A DNA stretch of 62,070 bases, the filler included, from Nemertoderma westbladi (lineage: Eukaryota; Animalia; Xenacoelomorpha): the NCBI GenBank assembly GCA_032718475.1. It is 3 parts of 3 records of this genome, joined end to end, with 100 filler letters (N's around TTAATTAATTAA, not from the genome) between each part and the next. Parts side by side here need not be neighbours in the genome. Positions count along the whole stretch, not along the records: positions 31,408 to 52,721 come from JAUCBJ010003815.1; positions 52,822 to 62,070 come from JAUCBJ010003712.1; 1 more part is not named here. One strand, written 5' to 3'. This document shows, one piece after another, positions 49,951 through 62,070 of the stretch (its first letter is position 1; every line of letters begins with the position of its first letter). Made by a program: the position numbers and the translations under genes. The notes under the pieces are model-generated. The model was given only the letters and a program-made list of their open reading frames with translations, had not been told where the DNA came from and did no database searches.

Positions 49951-50429
49951 ATAAACGAAATTAAATAGTACGGGTTGCAGTTCCTTTTTAGGGAATAATC
50001 AGCCCTAAAACTTCTTCCTACTTCGGTCGCTTCTCCCCTAGAGAGGGATTCATTTTGATTGTATCGAAAGTTCCCCCATATTCTGCCTGAAGTTTTTTTC
50101 TCAGAAATAACAAATTTGGCGTTTGGGATGTTTTAAAAATGAGGCGTTGAAATATGCCGCCATTTCAATCTCGAAATACAAAAATAATAAAATGTTGTGC
50201 AAAATCACCAACCCAACACGCCACCCTATTCATATATAGTTTAAATGAAATGATGCACATAATATTAGATTACACAGCTCAATGAAGTGTAAAATGGTGC
50301 CCTATATATATCTGTGATGCGATACAAGTGGAGCGAAACTAACCAATTACATTCTAATTGTATATTCATAAGAAGAGTTCCCCTCCGAAAGGTACCATTA
50401 TGTGTAATATGGGGTATATTATGTGTGAG

Positions 50430-51000
50430 ACAAAGACATCATGTGTGAGAGAATTGAAGATAAGATCACGTGAGAAAATGGAAAGATGAAATCATGTGTG
50501 AGGAATGGGAAAATATAACCATGAGCGAGACATGACCTACTATAGTAGGTCATGATCGAGAGAATGGAAAGATGAAATCATGTGTGAGGAATGGGAAGAT
50601 ATAACCATGAGCGAGAGAATGGAAAGATGGAATCATGTGTGAGGAATGGGAAGATATAACCATGAGCGAGAGAATGGAAAGATGGAATCACGTACGAGAG
50701 AATGGGAACATGTGCGATGTAATGAATGGGAAGAAGGGATCATGTGTGACGGGATGGGAAGATGTGATCATGTGTGGGGGAATGGGATCATGTGTGACAG
50801 GATGGGAAGATGTGATCATGTGTGATGGAATGGGATGGTAGGATCATGTATGAGGTAATAGGAACATGAATAATGTAATGGGGAGAAGGGATCATCTGTG
50901 TGGGGTTGGAGAGATGAGAATGTTATGGAGTGGGAAGATGGGATCATGAGAGAGGTAATGAGATCATGGGATCATAAGTGATGGAATGGAAAGATGAGAT
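50430..51000. repeat. Degenerate purine-rich tandem repeat (about 27/55-bp, ATCATGTGTGAGGAATGGGAAGAT core)
   Basis: Directly visible. Confidence 0.8.
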
Positions 51001-51056
51001 CCTAATATATAAGAGAGATGTTCTGCAACAAATTTACTCAAATAAATTCCACTTAC

Positions 51057-51297
51057 CACGCGTGTGGCAGAATTTCCAAATTCCAGTATGTAGTGCCTTT
51101 CCAAAATCCACAGTCCTTTCACCAAAGTACATATGAAATAACTCTTCAACGATTAACCAATGATCTGTTGATATGCCAATAATATAACAAGTACAAGCAA
51201 ATACCATAACGAAAGTTTGTGTAACATAAATATATCTTTTAATTGTTTTATTACCAGAAATTGGTTGTAGTCGCAGTGTATTCGTCATTTTAAACAT
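51057..51297 (-). CDS. First coding exon of a claudin/PMP22-superfamily membrane protein
   Basis: Hydrophobic TM1, then GISTDHW...HTGIWKFC (W-GLW-C signature), ending at a canonical G|GTAAGT donor. Confidence 0.75.
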
Positions 51298-51580
51298 AAT
51301 AATAATACTTCTTTGCTGAAATGGAATATCAATGGAGTTCTACATATTATTGGGGGTATGGGCGGCATATATAGCCGCTTTATATGGGCGAATTCACTCC
51401 ACAAGTGCGAGATCATTTGATAACAGGTGGGGTAGCCAATTAAATTCAAGATAACCACGGACTAAGTGTTCCTTTATCGGTACCAGAAATGTTGCCTAAC
51501 TACTGTAAGAACTGGAACTAAAGATATTTGCTACAAACATTTTCTCTCACCACGTTGTTGACTGTTGTTAGGAATGTTAA

Positions 51581-52381
51581 GGGGGGGGGGGGGGGGGGGG
51601 GGGGGGGGGTCACCTATTTTATAGGCAAAAAAAAATAAAAAACTTTCGGGTTCGATTTTTGTGCATAATTTAATGGCAAATCCGAATATGTAAGTTGTTG
51701 CCTTTCATCATGTTTGCTTTTAGAGATATGATGATTTTACTTTGGCATGTTTTCATGTTAATCAAATAAATATTATGTTTCAGTAAAAGTGTGTTTCATG
51801 AAAGATAGAGACATTCTAGATTTTGCCAAACATGAAAACTAACATCGGAAATGAAATCACCGACCTGGATAACCGAGGTAGCGAAAATTCCAGCTGAGTG
51901 ATTCCTTGCAAACAGTCATAAATAATATTACTATTTTAATTAAATACATATTGATAGTCAGGTAGAGACCGACAATTTTGCGCGGGAAGGTTTAAATTTT
52001 ATATGCATTTCACTCGGAATTAATATTTATCGTTTTTTGATCCACTCAAAAAGCTACTCCGACGCTACTCAGTCAATGGTCTTGACATATTGAACAATGA
52101 AACTTCCAGACATAATTTTGAAATTTTGAGGTTTGAGTTGTGTTTGAATTTGAAAAAATAATATTTGATGTTTGATGTTTTGGTTAAAATTACACTTCCG
52201 ATAAAAATGTCAAAATGATGTAGCATTTAGACTGAAAATCATAAAAAATTGTATCTTTAAATTCATATTAAGAACTAACTAATAACATGCCAGCATGGGT
52301 ATGTACAATTTCAATGCACATATACAAACAAAACTCTATAACTCCGCCCAAAACTGGAGGTTTATCCAAAAGGTAACCCCC
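51581..52381. mobile_element. Possible TTAA-targeting (Kolobok-like) non-autonomous element
   Basis: TTAA-G(n)TCACCTATTTT on the left and AAAAGGTAACCCCC-TTAC on the right form imperfect short TIRs. Confidence 0.4.
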
Positions 52382-52721
52382 TTACTATGGGCTGTCGCCG
52401 GGTTGACTCTAAATGGTTGCTCAGACAGTCACTAAATGATCGTAGGGTAGAACATTCGCGGTATACAAGTTGATACAAGGGGGGGTCGCGGTCGTCTGAG
52501 GGCAGTATGGACAAAAATAAATAAATAAAGTAATTAATAAACGGCACATCTACCGGTTACGAGAACCTTTCTAAGTCCTTATTCTCCATTTCACATCCTC
52601 AAACCGGCCAGTCAACTGTGGGTTAGACTAAAAACATCTGATATTTTTATTGTTATAGGGTTGCTTTGCGAGTTAGGCCTACTTACTTTACATACTTGTT
52701 GTTTAAAATGTTGTTTTAAAG

Positions 52722-52821
52722 NNNNNNNNNNNNNNNNNNNNNNNNNNNNNNNNNNNNNNNNNNNNTTAATTAATTAANNNNNNNNNNNNNNNNNNNNNNN
52801 NNNNNNNNNNNNNNNNNNNNN
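52722..52821. other. Artificial contig spacer
   Basis: Same N44-TTAATTAATTAA-N44 structure. Confidence 0.98.
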
Positions 52822-53227
52822 ATGCTTAAGATTATAGAGCGTATGACTGTTGTCAAATCAAATCAAATCGGCGGCACAATTCTTAACATATCACTGTACA
52901 TATCTGTTCATATTATATCTTAACCTACCGTCTTAATGTTTTTACTGTTGTCATATTTTATATCAGTTGATTGAATATTATCTGGAGAACATTTATAAAG
53001 AACCCAAATTTCCCAATTTTCTTGATACACTACAGGTTAGAAAGACGGGTTATATATAGCGATTGCGACTTATATTATTGTGGTGTGTATTGAATTTAAT
53101 GCTATTTGATAAGCACTACATTGGTCCGTTGCTATTTTCTTTATATATGATAAAATTCATTGACGGTCGGCAAGTTAGTGAGCAGTATTGTGTGTTACCG
53201 GTAGCGTGCATGATTGTGGCTGATAAC

Positions 53228-53628
53228 TAAGCATTTCCTAAAGAATGCGCCTCATACGTGAATCATAAGCCTTACCGACTTACCGTTGTGATTAGTGTAA
53301 GTCATATCTCTGTCTATCTAGATAGAGCGCCACGTCCTAAAGGAACTGTTAATATTTCCCGAAAGTAAATAATATTAGTCAGAAATTAATTATTAACGAT
53401 CAATCGAATAATACAATACCGTAAGCTTCACTGCAATAATAATCTAAGCCGACAGAATCCAGTCTCCCGGGATTATCCAGCGGGTGAATGGACGCGCACT
53501 AGGCTGGCTTCTGCTAATGTTATGTTTATTGGTATTAAATATTGTCATCTTCTAGAGTCGATTTATAAACCAAAAGACATATAAATTTTGGCAGGTTAAA
53601 CTGCTAAAGGTCTTCAAAAGCGCGTACA
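53228..53628 (+). repeat. Diverged LTR remnant of the BEL2 family
   Basis: GATTAGTGTAAGTCAT, GCGCCACGTCC, TGTTAATATTTCCCGAAAGTAAAT, GCAGGTTAAACTG and the GCGCGTACA end match the LTR in reverse; left boundary uncertain. Confidence 0.75.
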
Positions 53629-53854
53629 GTGGTAATATTATTTTCTAGTAACCAATTTGGGTTTCAGAGTGATTTAGGTACGTAAATGTGCTTTGATGTA
53701 CTTATAAAGAGACCATCCATTTATATTATTAGTAATGGCTCACCTGTATGTTGATTTTTTAGATGCTTCGAAATCAATTGATAAATATCGTGAATCATTT
53801 TAAGTTGTTGCATAAGGTTGATCTAAATGTCTGTAGGGCCTACTTCTCGAATAC

Positions 53855-54927
53855 GGTAAAACAAACTTAGATCCTGCAAGGCCTGACTTTGATGATCTTA
53901 GATCTTTGCGAACTTAGGTCCTATATGCGAACATAGATCCTAACTGGGTGAACTTAGAACCTAACTGGGTGAACGTAGATCCTAACTAGGTGAACTTAGA
54001 TCCTAACTAGTTGCGATCAGTGACTCACCAACAAACTATAATTTTACTTTGCCAATTAATAGCTAATTCGTTGGAATGTATTGGTGGTGGGATCTAAGTT
54101 CGCTTCCCTTCAAGCGTTAGTAAGGTCCTGCGCTGGCCTATGGCTATATGGGAGTGACATTTAACATAAACACAGCCACGGTACAGCAATATATGTACTA
54201 CTAGGATCGGCATGCTGCATTGCAGCTGCATTTTTAAGAATGCTGTGCCGGCTTATCGACAAAATTGCACCGCCACAACTCCCTATCTCACCAATGACAT
54301 TTGCTAGATCATCCGCATCTTCAAGGCCAGTGTCCTTTAAGATGCGTCTCAAGAAAGTCATGGGCTGTCCACTATGCTTATTCATTCCATGAGGCTGCCA
54401 AAGTACAAGATTATGCACTGGCTGGTCCTCTCGGCGAAAGCAATGTCCTGCAAAGCGGAGGCGATTTTGTTCTAGTGTCAAGTTGTACTTGACACAATGA
54501 ACCCGGCGTAGCATTCTTGTGAATGTGCCATCCAGAGATTTGGTGTCCTCAGCAGTTAGAGCCCAGCATGGACTCCCATAGAAGAGTACTGGAAATACTG
54601 CTGCTCTAAATAATCGGACCTTAAGTTTCCGATTAATTCTCGGAGACTTCCAAATCCTGGAAAGCCTATTCAAGGCTGCCCATGCCTTTCCCTTACGTAT
54701 TCGATAATATATCCAATATATGTAAGGTGGGATCTAAGTTCGTATGTGAAGGATCTAAGTTCGTATGTTGATGATCTAAGTTTGTATGTTGAGGATCTAA
54801 GTTCGTATGGGAAGGATCTAAGTTCGCCTGGGAAGGATCTAAGTTCGTATGGTAAAGGATCTATGTTCACCCAAGATCTAAGTTCGATCAGGATATAAGG
54901 TGCTCTAGGATCTAAAGCCGGGGAACC
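53855..54927. mobile_element. Foldback/Mutator-like element with inverted 21-bp arrays and 9-bp TSD
   Basis: GGT...ACC termini, left (GAACTTAGATCC) and right (GGATCTAAGTTC) arrays, TSD CTCGAATAC at 53846-53854 and 54928-54936. Confidence 0.8.
54265..54705 (-). pseudogene. RTE-clade LINE 3' fragment nested in the foldback element
   Basis: RKGKAWAALNRLSRIWKS...RLFRAAVFPVLFYGS..W...RLRFAGHCFR. Confidence 0.85.
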
Positions 54928-55899
54928 CTCGAATACGTCTCTTTGGCATACTGGTACTCGCATCAGTTACTTTCAGTTCGTTGGCGTAATTACACATCCC
55001 TCCCGTTTGGGATCTCTAACGGTGTAAGACAGGGAAGTTTACTTCCAATGGCCATTCAATATCTACTTAAATGATCTGAGAGAAGCAAGTCGTACTCTTA
55101 CTGCTCCTTATACAGTTATACCGTTATAATACAGTAATAGTCAGATAGTATAACGTCTAGCCTGTCAGCCTGTAGTTGTAATCAAACTCAAACATCAGAA
55201 CATACCACAGTCACCACAGTACCCTTTGCATCAGTGCATACACTGTCAGACTGTAGACATTACAGCGATAAAGGATCCCTGATAACCAGATAACCCGAAA
55301 GTGAAAGTCCAAACAACTGAACAACCTCTGCATTCTGACATTCAGACATTAGGCCTACATCAGTACATTGCTCACCAGTCTGTCAGTCTGCTAGAAGGCT
55401 AGTGTAGTCTGGCTGTAGCCTGTCTGCCTGTTGTTATCTGCACATTGATATTACAGTATTACCTACTGTATTGAGGCTGTACCTGTAAGGCAGTATGCAG
55501 TAAGGCCTGTTTGCCTCACCAAAATACTGTAGACCCTAAATGCAGAAATGCCCTAGACTACCGGTACTGCAGTACTGGTACTTGCAGACTTGGCTATTAA
55601 CATAATTATGTGCCGCGCTTTACTGCTTTATTATCGGTCTGCCGCCTGCCGGTACTGTTTTACAGTAACTGGGTAGGCCTATTACCTGATTACTGTATTA
55701 GGTCAATAGATTCAGTTTTACCACTCCTGCACTCCCAGGTTGATAGGATATTCTGTAGGCCTATTCGGACAGTCGGATTTCTGCTGATTATCCTGTTATC
55801 TGATAATTTGTATTTCGCTCGAGAAGATTCCCTATACAGCTATACCTATACCAGTCAGCCAGTACTGCAGTAGGCCTATACCGCAGTACCGTAGCTAAA

Positions 55900-56283
55900 A
55901 TGGACGTGTTCCTTCAGATTCGCAGACAAAAAATTACGATATTCACAGACGCGAAGGAAACTACAACGGTTGCCGAACTCAAAAAAATAATTCATGGAAT
56001 AACAGAGAGGAATCCGGAGATCCAGCAGCTGTTCATATGGAATTCGGAAACCGGAGAATTCAACAAAGAGCAGTTGGATGATAACAAAACCCTCACGGAT
56101 TCCGGCATAACATCGGCGACGGCGAAGGCCCAGCAGCCCCTGGTCATCGGGTTGGCCTACCGACAGGACGACGGCTCATTCGAGGCTCCGTCCTTCGATA
56201 ATTACAGCAACCCTCCGGATCTACCCGACGTAATGCAACAGAGAGAACCCGCCGTGCCGTCCGTCGATCCCCAAGTGGCTTAG
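55900..56283 (+). CDS. ELOB: Elongin B, intronless
   Basis: MDVFLQIRRQKITIFTDAKE...LDDNKTL...TAKAQQP..IGLAYR...SNPPDLPDVM. Confidence 0.96.
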   Translation: MDVFLQIRRQKITIFTDAKETTTVAELKKIIHGITERNPEIQQLFIWNSETGEFNKEQLDDNKTLTDSGITSATAKAQQPLVIGLAYRQDDGSFEAPSFDNYSNPPDLPDVMQQREPAVPSVDPQVA

Positions 56284-56700
56284 CTAATGTAATTCATCGG
56301 ATACCGATAACGCTACCAACAAACGTCTGCGTAATAGGCCTACTAATAATACTCTTTTTTTTATATTTCAATATTTCAATATTCGGACTGTCTACAAATG
56401 TATTATTATTAAAATGTAACATTTTAACAATATAATATGAGTACCGGTATATTATAATATTATATATTATTGTACACTGCACAGTTACAGTTTTACACGG
56501 TGACCCGTAATTCCTTTGTGAATTGTAGAAAGCTTACATTGCAAGAATTACAATTACAAATGTAAAGATGTTCCAATTTCGTGTTCGTAAAGCCATTTTT
56601 ATTTACTCTATTTAATAGGCCTAAAGACACCATGTTCTACTTTTAGATCATTTTGTATGTGTTAGACTGTTATAATCGTAATATTAAACGGGTATTCATT

Positions 56701-57061
56701 CAGGGTTGTCACTCCCCTGGAATACCTGGAATAGTCAGGGAATTTCAATTTTTGTTGAAATGTCAGGGAATTCTAGTAAAAAATGGACAAATCAGGGAAA
56801 AGCAGGGAATTTGAATACAGGAAATGTTTCGTAAGCGATTAAAATGTGTAAAAAAATTCCTACTCGCTTCGCTCGCAATTCCATTTCCTCACATCACTAA
56901 ATATAATTAGAAAAGTCAACATTTAGAAGAAAAATAAATATAGATAAACAGACAATAGACATAGACGACAGACGTAATATATAAACTTCAGTCTGGGATT
57001 TTTTTCAAAAAGTCAGGGAAATGTCAGGGAAAATTGAAACTGAAATGGAGTGGGAACCCTG
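56701..57061. mobile_element. hAT-like MITE
   Basis: CAGGGTT..CACTCC / GGAGTG..AACCCTG TIRs and internal GTCAGGGAA repeats; no clean TSD. Confidence 0.7.
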
Positions 57062-58449
57062 GTGTATTGCATTGTTGCCAAGCTACTTATGAGATAAAAT
57101 GTTAAATAGAATAATAATGTCTCTTCTACCTTATTGGAACTCTCATATCTCAACTATTTCTCAGCGCAAGGCATAGATAGTCTTTTAGAATTTGATTAAT
57201 AATATGGATTTATTTTATAACAGATTTTATGAAAAAGGAATGTAGGCTCCGAGTTTCGGGCTAATATAGGGAAAAGTATTGTTTCATTTTTCAAGTAATG
57301 TGGTAGGATGTAAAAGTTACCACTTACGGGTCATGTTTATTTATATAATATTACTTTTATTCTGTAATACTAAGTCTATAACATCCGATAAAACGCTTAA
57401 GTATGTCACTATTTTTTTAATATCCTTCTGTATCTATTTGCAAGTTGTTTTTTTTCTCAAGTACTGGTATATTCGTTGATACGGTTCTAAGGTTTGTATC
57501 ATACTATATATAGTGTATTCGAGTCTAAACACTTCTATCTGCTAGTGTTGCTAAATAAATTCACGTCTATATTTTATTCTGCTACCGGTATTCATTCCAA
57601 TCCAGTATTTTATTACTTTATATTACTATTACTTTATATTACTATTACTTTATATTACTATTGCTTTTAGTAAATATTTACTTAATGTGATGACTGAAAT
57701 TTTGATGCCGGCATAAAAAATATGTATATAAACAACTTTACATGTTTCATCCGTCTAGCTCTAGGTTAATAATTGTGCTTTCGACTCCTCATAAACTAGC
57801 TAGTTATTGTTTACACTTAATGAAATCTGTCATTAAATATATACGAAACCTTTTCTTATTATATTGTAGTAATTTGTTTTAATTAAAAAAACTTCCTATA
57901 TACCTAAATACTCTTCACTACATTTTTAATGTTTTGGGGCCTATTACTCGCTACGGTAAATTTTCAATAAAAAAATCTCCATATAAATAACGTCTTATTT
58001 AATTTCTTTTGCATTTATACTTTTTTTATGGTTAAATCTGTTTTTTAAATTAATTTTGTTCCGCCACCACTATTACTATAGTGGTGGACCCTGAGAGCGG
58101 GTTCAAAACAGCTTTTAGTGCAACATGATTTAAAATACTAAACATTGCCGAATTGGTGTCAATTCTATTAATAATAATAATATACATAATTTATAACATT
58201 TTTGTCGGGCGTTGCGTTCTAGTTGGCCTAAGTGCTTACTTCGGGTCGGAGACTTTGAGAGACACCCAGTTGGAATCCGGAATAATCATTTATAATTGCT
58301 AATGGTTATACCACTTTTTTTGTCTCGCCCACACAGATAGTTACGTCACGCAATATGATATTAATAATATAAATCATGATATATTTGTTTAAATATTTCG
58401 ATTAAATATTTCGATGAAATATTATGTTCTCGCATAAGCCTATCATTGC

Positions 58450-58613
58450 AAGTAAACTACAATGAAGTGGTGGAGTCATGATGAGGCTGAGTGGCGGAGT
58501 CACCAAACTGAGGGTTTTTAGACAGAAAGAAAAGTAAACTACAATGAAGTGGTGGAGTCATGATGAGGCTGAGTGGCGGAGTCACCAAACTGAGGGTTTT
58601 TAGACAGAAAGAA
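58450..58613. repeat. Perfect 82-bp tandem duplication
   Basis: AAGTAAACTACAATGAAGTGG...GACAGAAAGAA occurs twice. Confidence 0.9.
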
Positions 58614-59109
58614 ACCTTTTGACGTGTTTGGCTAGACAATTTTAGAAACCCCCACCCCCCTATGTCACAAACTATTCGATAAGTTGGTCCTCCCCCCCCC
58701 CCCCCCCCCCCATCACCTACATTGCCTACGTATTTCAAGGATGGTAGCTTTTTGAGATTGTTTCTTAATAACGCATTTCGTACCGTCCAACCACGAATAT
58801 CTATTGTGAAATAAATTTATTCTCTATATATTTATACAAAATCGTTTAATAAAATATAAACGCTTGTAATAAGGAATGATTAATACCTCCGATACATAGT
58901 GGCACTAGACGATAGTTTTTGATCGTTTATTCTTTATATTTCAAACCAAAATATTGGAACTCACAAATCGGATCGGATCTATGGGGTGTAAACGTAAGAC
59001 TATAAAATAATTCAATTAATCACTTATAATAATTAACATGAGTTATGTGTTTTGGTTGTAAAATTGTTTTTCTAATAAAAAAATAATAATTAATGATAAT
59101 TATTGGAGA

Positions 59110-60460
59110 TTAAAATAATGCAGTCTTTTGCACGCTTGCACCCCATTCCTTATCGGAGACTACCCACTTATCATGAGTCTCTGTTCCTGTCCCCACTCCG
59201 TGATGGTAATTGCAGGCCAACCCGGTGGATATACCAACATCACGGTGTTTACTGCACGTCGGCGCCATACTAGAAATACTGACACTTCTATCGGTCGTCG
59301 CCTTACGCACCTTTGAAGCGGTTATAAATGTGGTAGATGCGGCGTCATTTAGTCCCGTAATGGTAAGATTGAACCCACAAACTGTCACTGTCTCTGTTAG
59401 AGGCCTGCTTTTGCCGACGTTTTCTGGTGGATTTGTCAGATATTCTTCCAACACATTGCCTATGGATTCAGTCGCGGTTGCTTTGTCGTCAACTGTATTC
59501 TGATTGGCTCCAAGTAAACTGTATATGTTTAGAGGTTGTTGCTCGTCTGTGTTTACTTCCTGTAATGGTCCTTTTGGTCTTTTTTTCTGGCGAAATTTAT
59601 TAAATTTGTGCCAATCACCGTGCCGCGGAAGGTGCATTTGAGGGTGGTCTGGATACATACACTTGTAATGTCGGGACTGTTTGATTTGCTCTGTTATCGA
59701 CTCGTTTGGTGACATTCTTCCTCTTCTAACTTCACTCGCTGGACTTATCTTTTTGTCTAAGTTCTTTTTTCGTAAGGAATGCTTGGGAGTCGGGGAACCT
59801 TTGTCATTATTAAACTGCATCAGATTACCCGGACGGTTGTTTTTAATTCCCAATAACGGATCGAATTCTGTTTCTGGAATACTGGGGACGGAGGTTTTGT
59901 TCGTTTCAGCTGCTGTTATACGACTAATGTCGATGTTATTTACCACAGTACCAGGACCAGATAGTCTGTCCACGTGCGTGGATGGTGTAGAGTTTCTGGG
60001 AGTTTCCTTTGTAGCCTTTGATATACCGATATCAACGTTGTTTATATTGTTACTATTTTCCCTTTCTATGTATCTCTTCAATCCATCTAATTCCATTTGA
60101 ACGCCAATTAGTTTTTTCTCAATTTCGATTTTGGCATTTCGTTCGTTATTTAATTCATCCAACAACTTCCTCAGCGATGTCCCGGCTTGTTCTAATTTTT
60201 TCTTACTGGTTTTGTAAGTTTCAGGAAATTTCCTTTGTCTGTCATCTCGATACCCCGTTACCATCGGTTCTATTGATTTGTTCACGCCACGGTGCGGTAT
60301 ATTGTTTGCGTGAGGAAGTTGACTATAAATACCGGTTAATTTTATATCGTCTTCGTCATCATCAATGTTTATGAGAAGGTCGTCAACTTCTGCGTTATTT
60401 ATTGATTTATTACAATAATATTGTGTTTCTTTATTGTTCCGTTGCCTGTTTGCGTGTATT
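59110..60460 (-). CDS. Large putative terminal exon of an uncharacterised coiled-coil/low-complexity protein
   Basis: 391-aa ORF whose frame stays open to about 60460, with a heptad segment LRKLLDELNNERNAKIEIEKKL; no family recognised. Confidence 0.55.
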
Positions 60461-61098
60461 ATTCAATCTCATAGTCTGTTCAATAAACAATAGTGGTAAA
60501 TAACTATTTATTACTTCAAGGAAAAAATAGTACGGTTTTGTTCCCTCGGTCCCAAGATGTATAATTTTCAAATGGTGCGCCGCCAGCGATCGTGGTCAAT
60601 TATATTATTTATTTGTTATTCTTAAATGTAATTTTATTTTTATTATTGGCTTTCTTCCTTCTGCATTCCGGTTGGATTAGTTTAGGTTTGTTTGTTCTTT
60701 GGTCTCGTCTGAGTTGCCGGATTTCCCTTTTGTTAACGAAATAATGTAATTTCCCTGTGTTTCTATTGGAGGCCATTTTCTCCCTTCAAGATTTGAAAAA
60801 CAATCCAATGATCAAATGATCAGTCAAATGAAAGACGAAGTCCTGATATTTCAGGTAAAATAAAGTTGGGGATAGAAAGGCAATTTTAAGCATAAAAGTT
60901 ATAAAATTATTATTCCTGCGTTTTTGACACACTACCCATTTGTTTAAGAGTTTACCGTTTTACATTGTTTTAGAAATTCATAAATTTTTTAACTTATTTA
61001 TTTATTTTAACACAATGTAGAATATTTCAAATTTATTGCATTCCATTTCTTTCAAATGTTATGATATCAGATATCTGATGTTTGTGAAATGTATACAC

Positions 61099-61534
61099 TT
61101 ATACGCATGACACATTCTCGCAACACGTAGTATGATTGACTATGAGATTGGTTTTTCGGTTTGGGAACATTATTGCCATTCGTTCCATCGCATGCTGCAG
61201 TTCTACATTCTTCTTCTTTAGTTGGGAGTTCTCCTCAGCAAAGTCCGCAATTTTCTTGTGTGCAGTTCCAAAAAGTTTGTTGGTATCTATCATATTAGCC
61301 TTTATGTCATCTATAGACGCCTGTATTCGATATTTATCCTGATACTGTGAGTGCAGTTCTAGAATAAGTTGGCGTATAATATCGTCTTTATTAGAAGCCT
61401 TAGTAGGCACCTCGCTACTCAAAGGATTCACAATATCTCCTAATCTTATGCCGAGAAAACTGTTGCTAGAGGCGTCTCTCTGAGGTGTATAGCTTCCTGT
61501 GTTTGGACTTGGGCTCTCTGTAGATTCGAATGTT
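61099..61534 (-). CDS. Putative upstream coiled-coil exon of the same gene
   Basis: TTCTTTACAG acceptor at 61535 and an open frame with AEENSQLKKKNVELQHAMER; donor not resolved. Confidence 0.45.
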
Positions 61535-62070
61535 CTGTAAAGAACAATTTATTGCAATTTTACAAAGTTTACAATTCATTATAAACCAAAACCAGCATTA
61601 CTGGTTTACTGAATTTGGTTTACTGAATTAATATAATGTGCTCCCATTAAAACTAATCTTCTATAATACCTTATACTTCCTTAGACTACTGTACCTTATA
61701 AACCAGCATTACTATCTCTCTTTACTGCTGTATGAGTTTCTTATTGTTAACATAAAAATGTTTTTGATTATTATATAATATATTATTTACACTACAACGT
61801 ACCCAGTCGACCACGTTGATGGATCATCTGCATACCGGTATCTATCCATTGCTCTTCACTAATTTATCCTTTTAAAGTAATTTATTTTCCCATTGATTGA
61901 CTGCAACTGCACGTTGATTTTGAAATAACTAATTTTCGTCACCGAAATTGCAGAATATAAACCTAGGCCTACACTAGTACTACATAATTGATTTTTGTTA
62001 TTAATATTAAATATTATTAGTATGTACCGATTGGCTTCACTAGTGTGTCTACATGGTTACAATTCCAAGC

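Noticed and set aside
58206-58281. Possible tRNA or SINE head
   Set aside because: Only weak A- and B-box resemblance, with no cloverleaf or second copy.
58617-58750. Harbinger-like MITE around the poly-C run
   Set aside because: Only one plausible terminus and no TSD.

Overview
AT-rich animal (invertebrate-like) genomic DNA made of three contigs joined by two artificial 100-bp spacers (N44-TTAATTAATTAA-N44 at 31308-31407 and 52722-52821). Host genes are few: GRHPR (two exons), intronless ZFAND2B/AIRAPL, intronless Elongin B, a claudin/PMP22-like first exon, an orphan secreted 10-Cys protein with a hydrophobic tail, and uncharacterised coiled-coil exons. The rest is nested mobile DNA. This includes two BEL/Pao LTR retrotransposons (one young with TSD, PBS and PPT; one older, about 15.5 kb, with a decayed extra zinc-knuckle ORF), a Sola-like TIR element and two foldback/Mutator-like elements that contain satellite arrays. 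It also includes RLE(CRE)-, RTE- and CR1/L2-type LINE fragments, tRNA-derived SINEs and several hAT/MULE MITEs with TSDs. The most unusual observation is the only GRHPR intron. It has a weak donor, no polypyrimidine tract and a CACTAAC branch point, and its two ends are inverted repeats that extend into both exons, so the splice sites would sit opposite each other in one long RNA stem. All calls come from manual reading; no searches were run.
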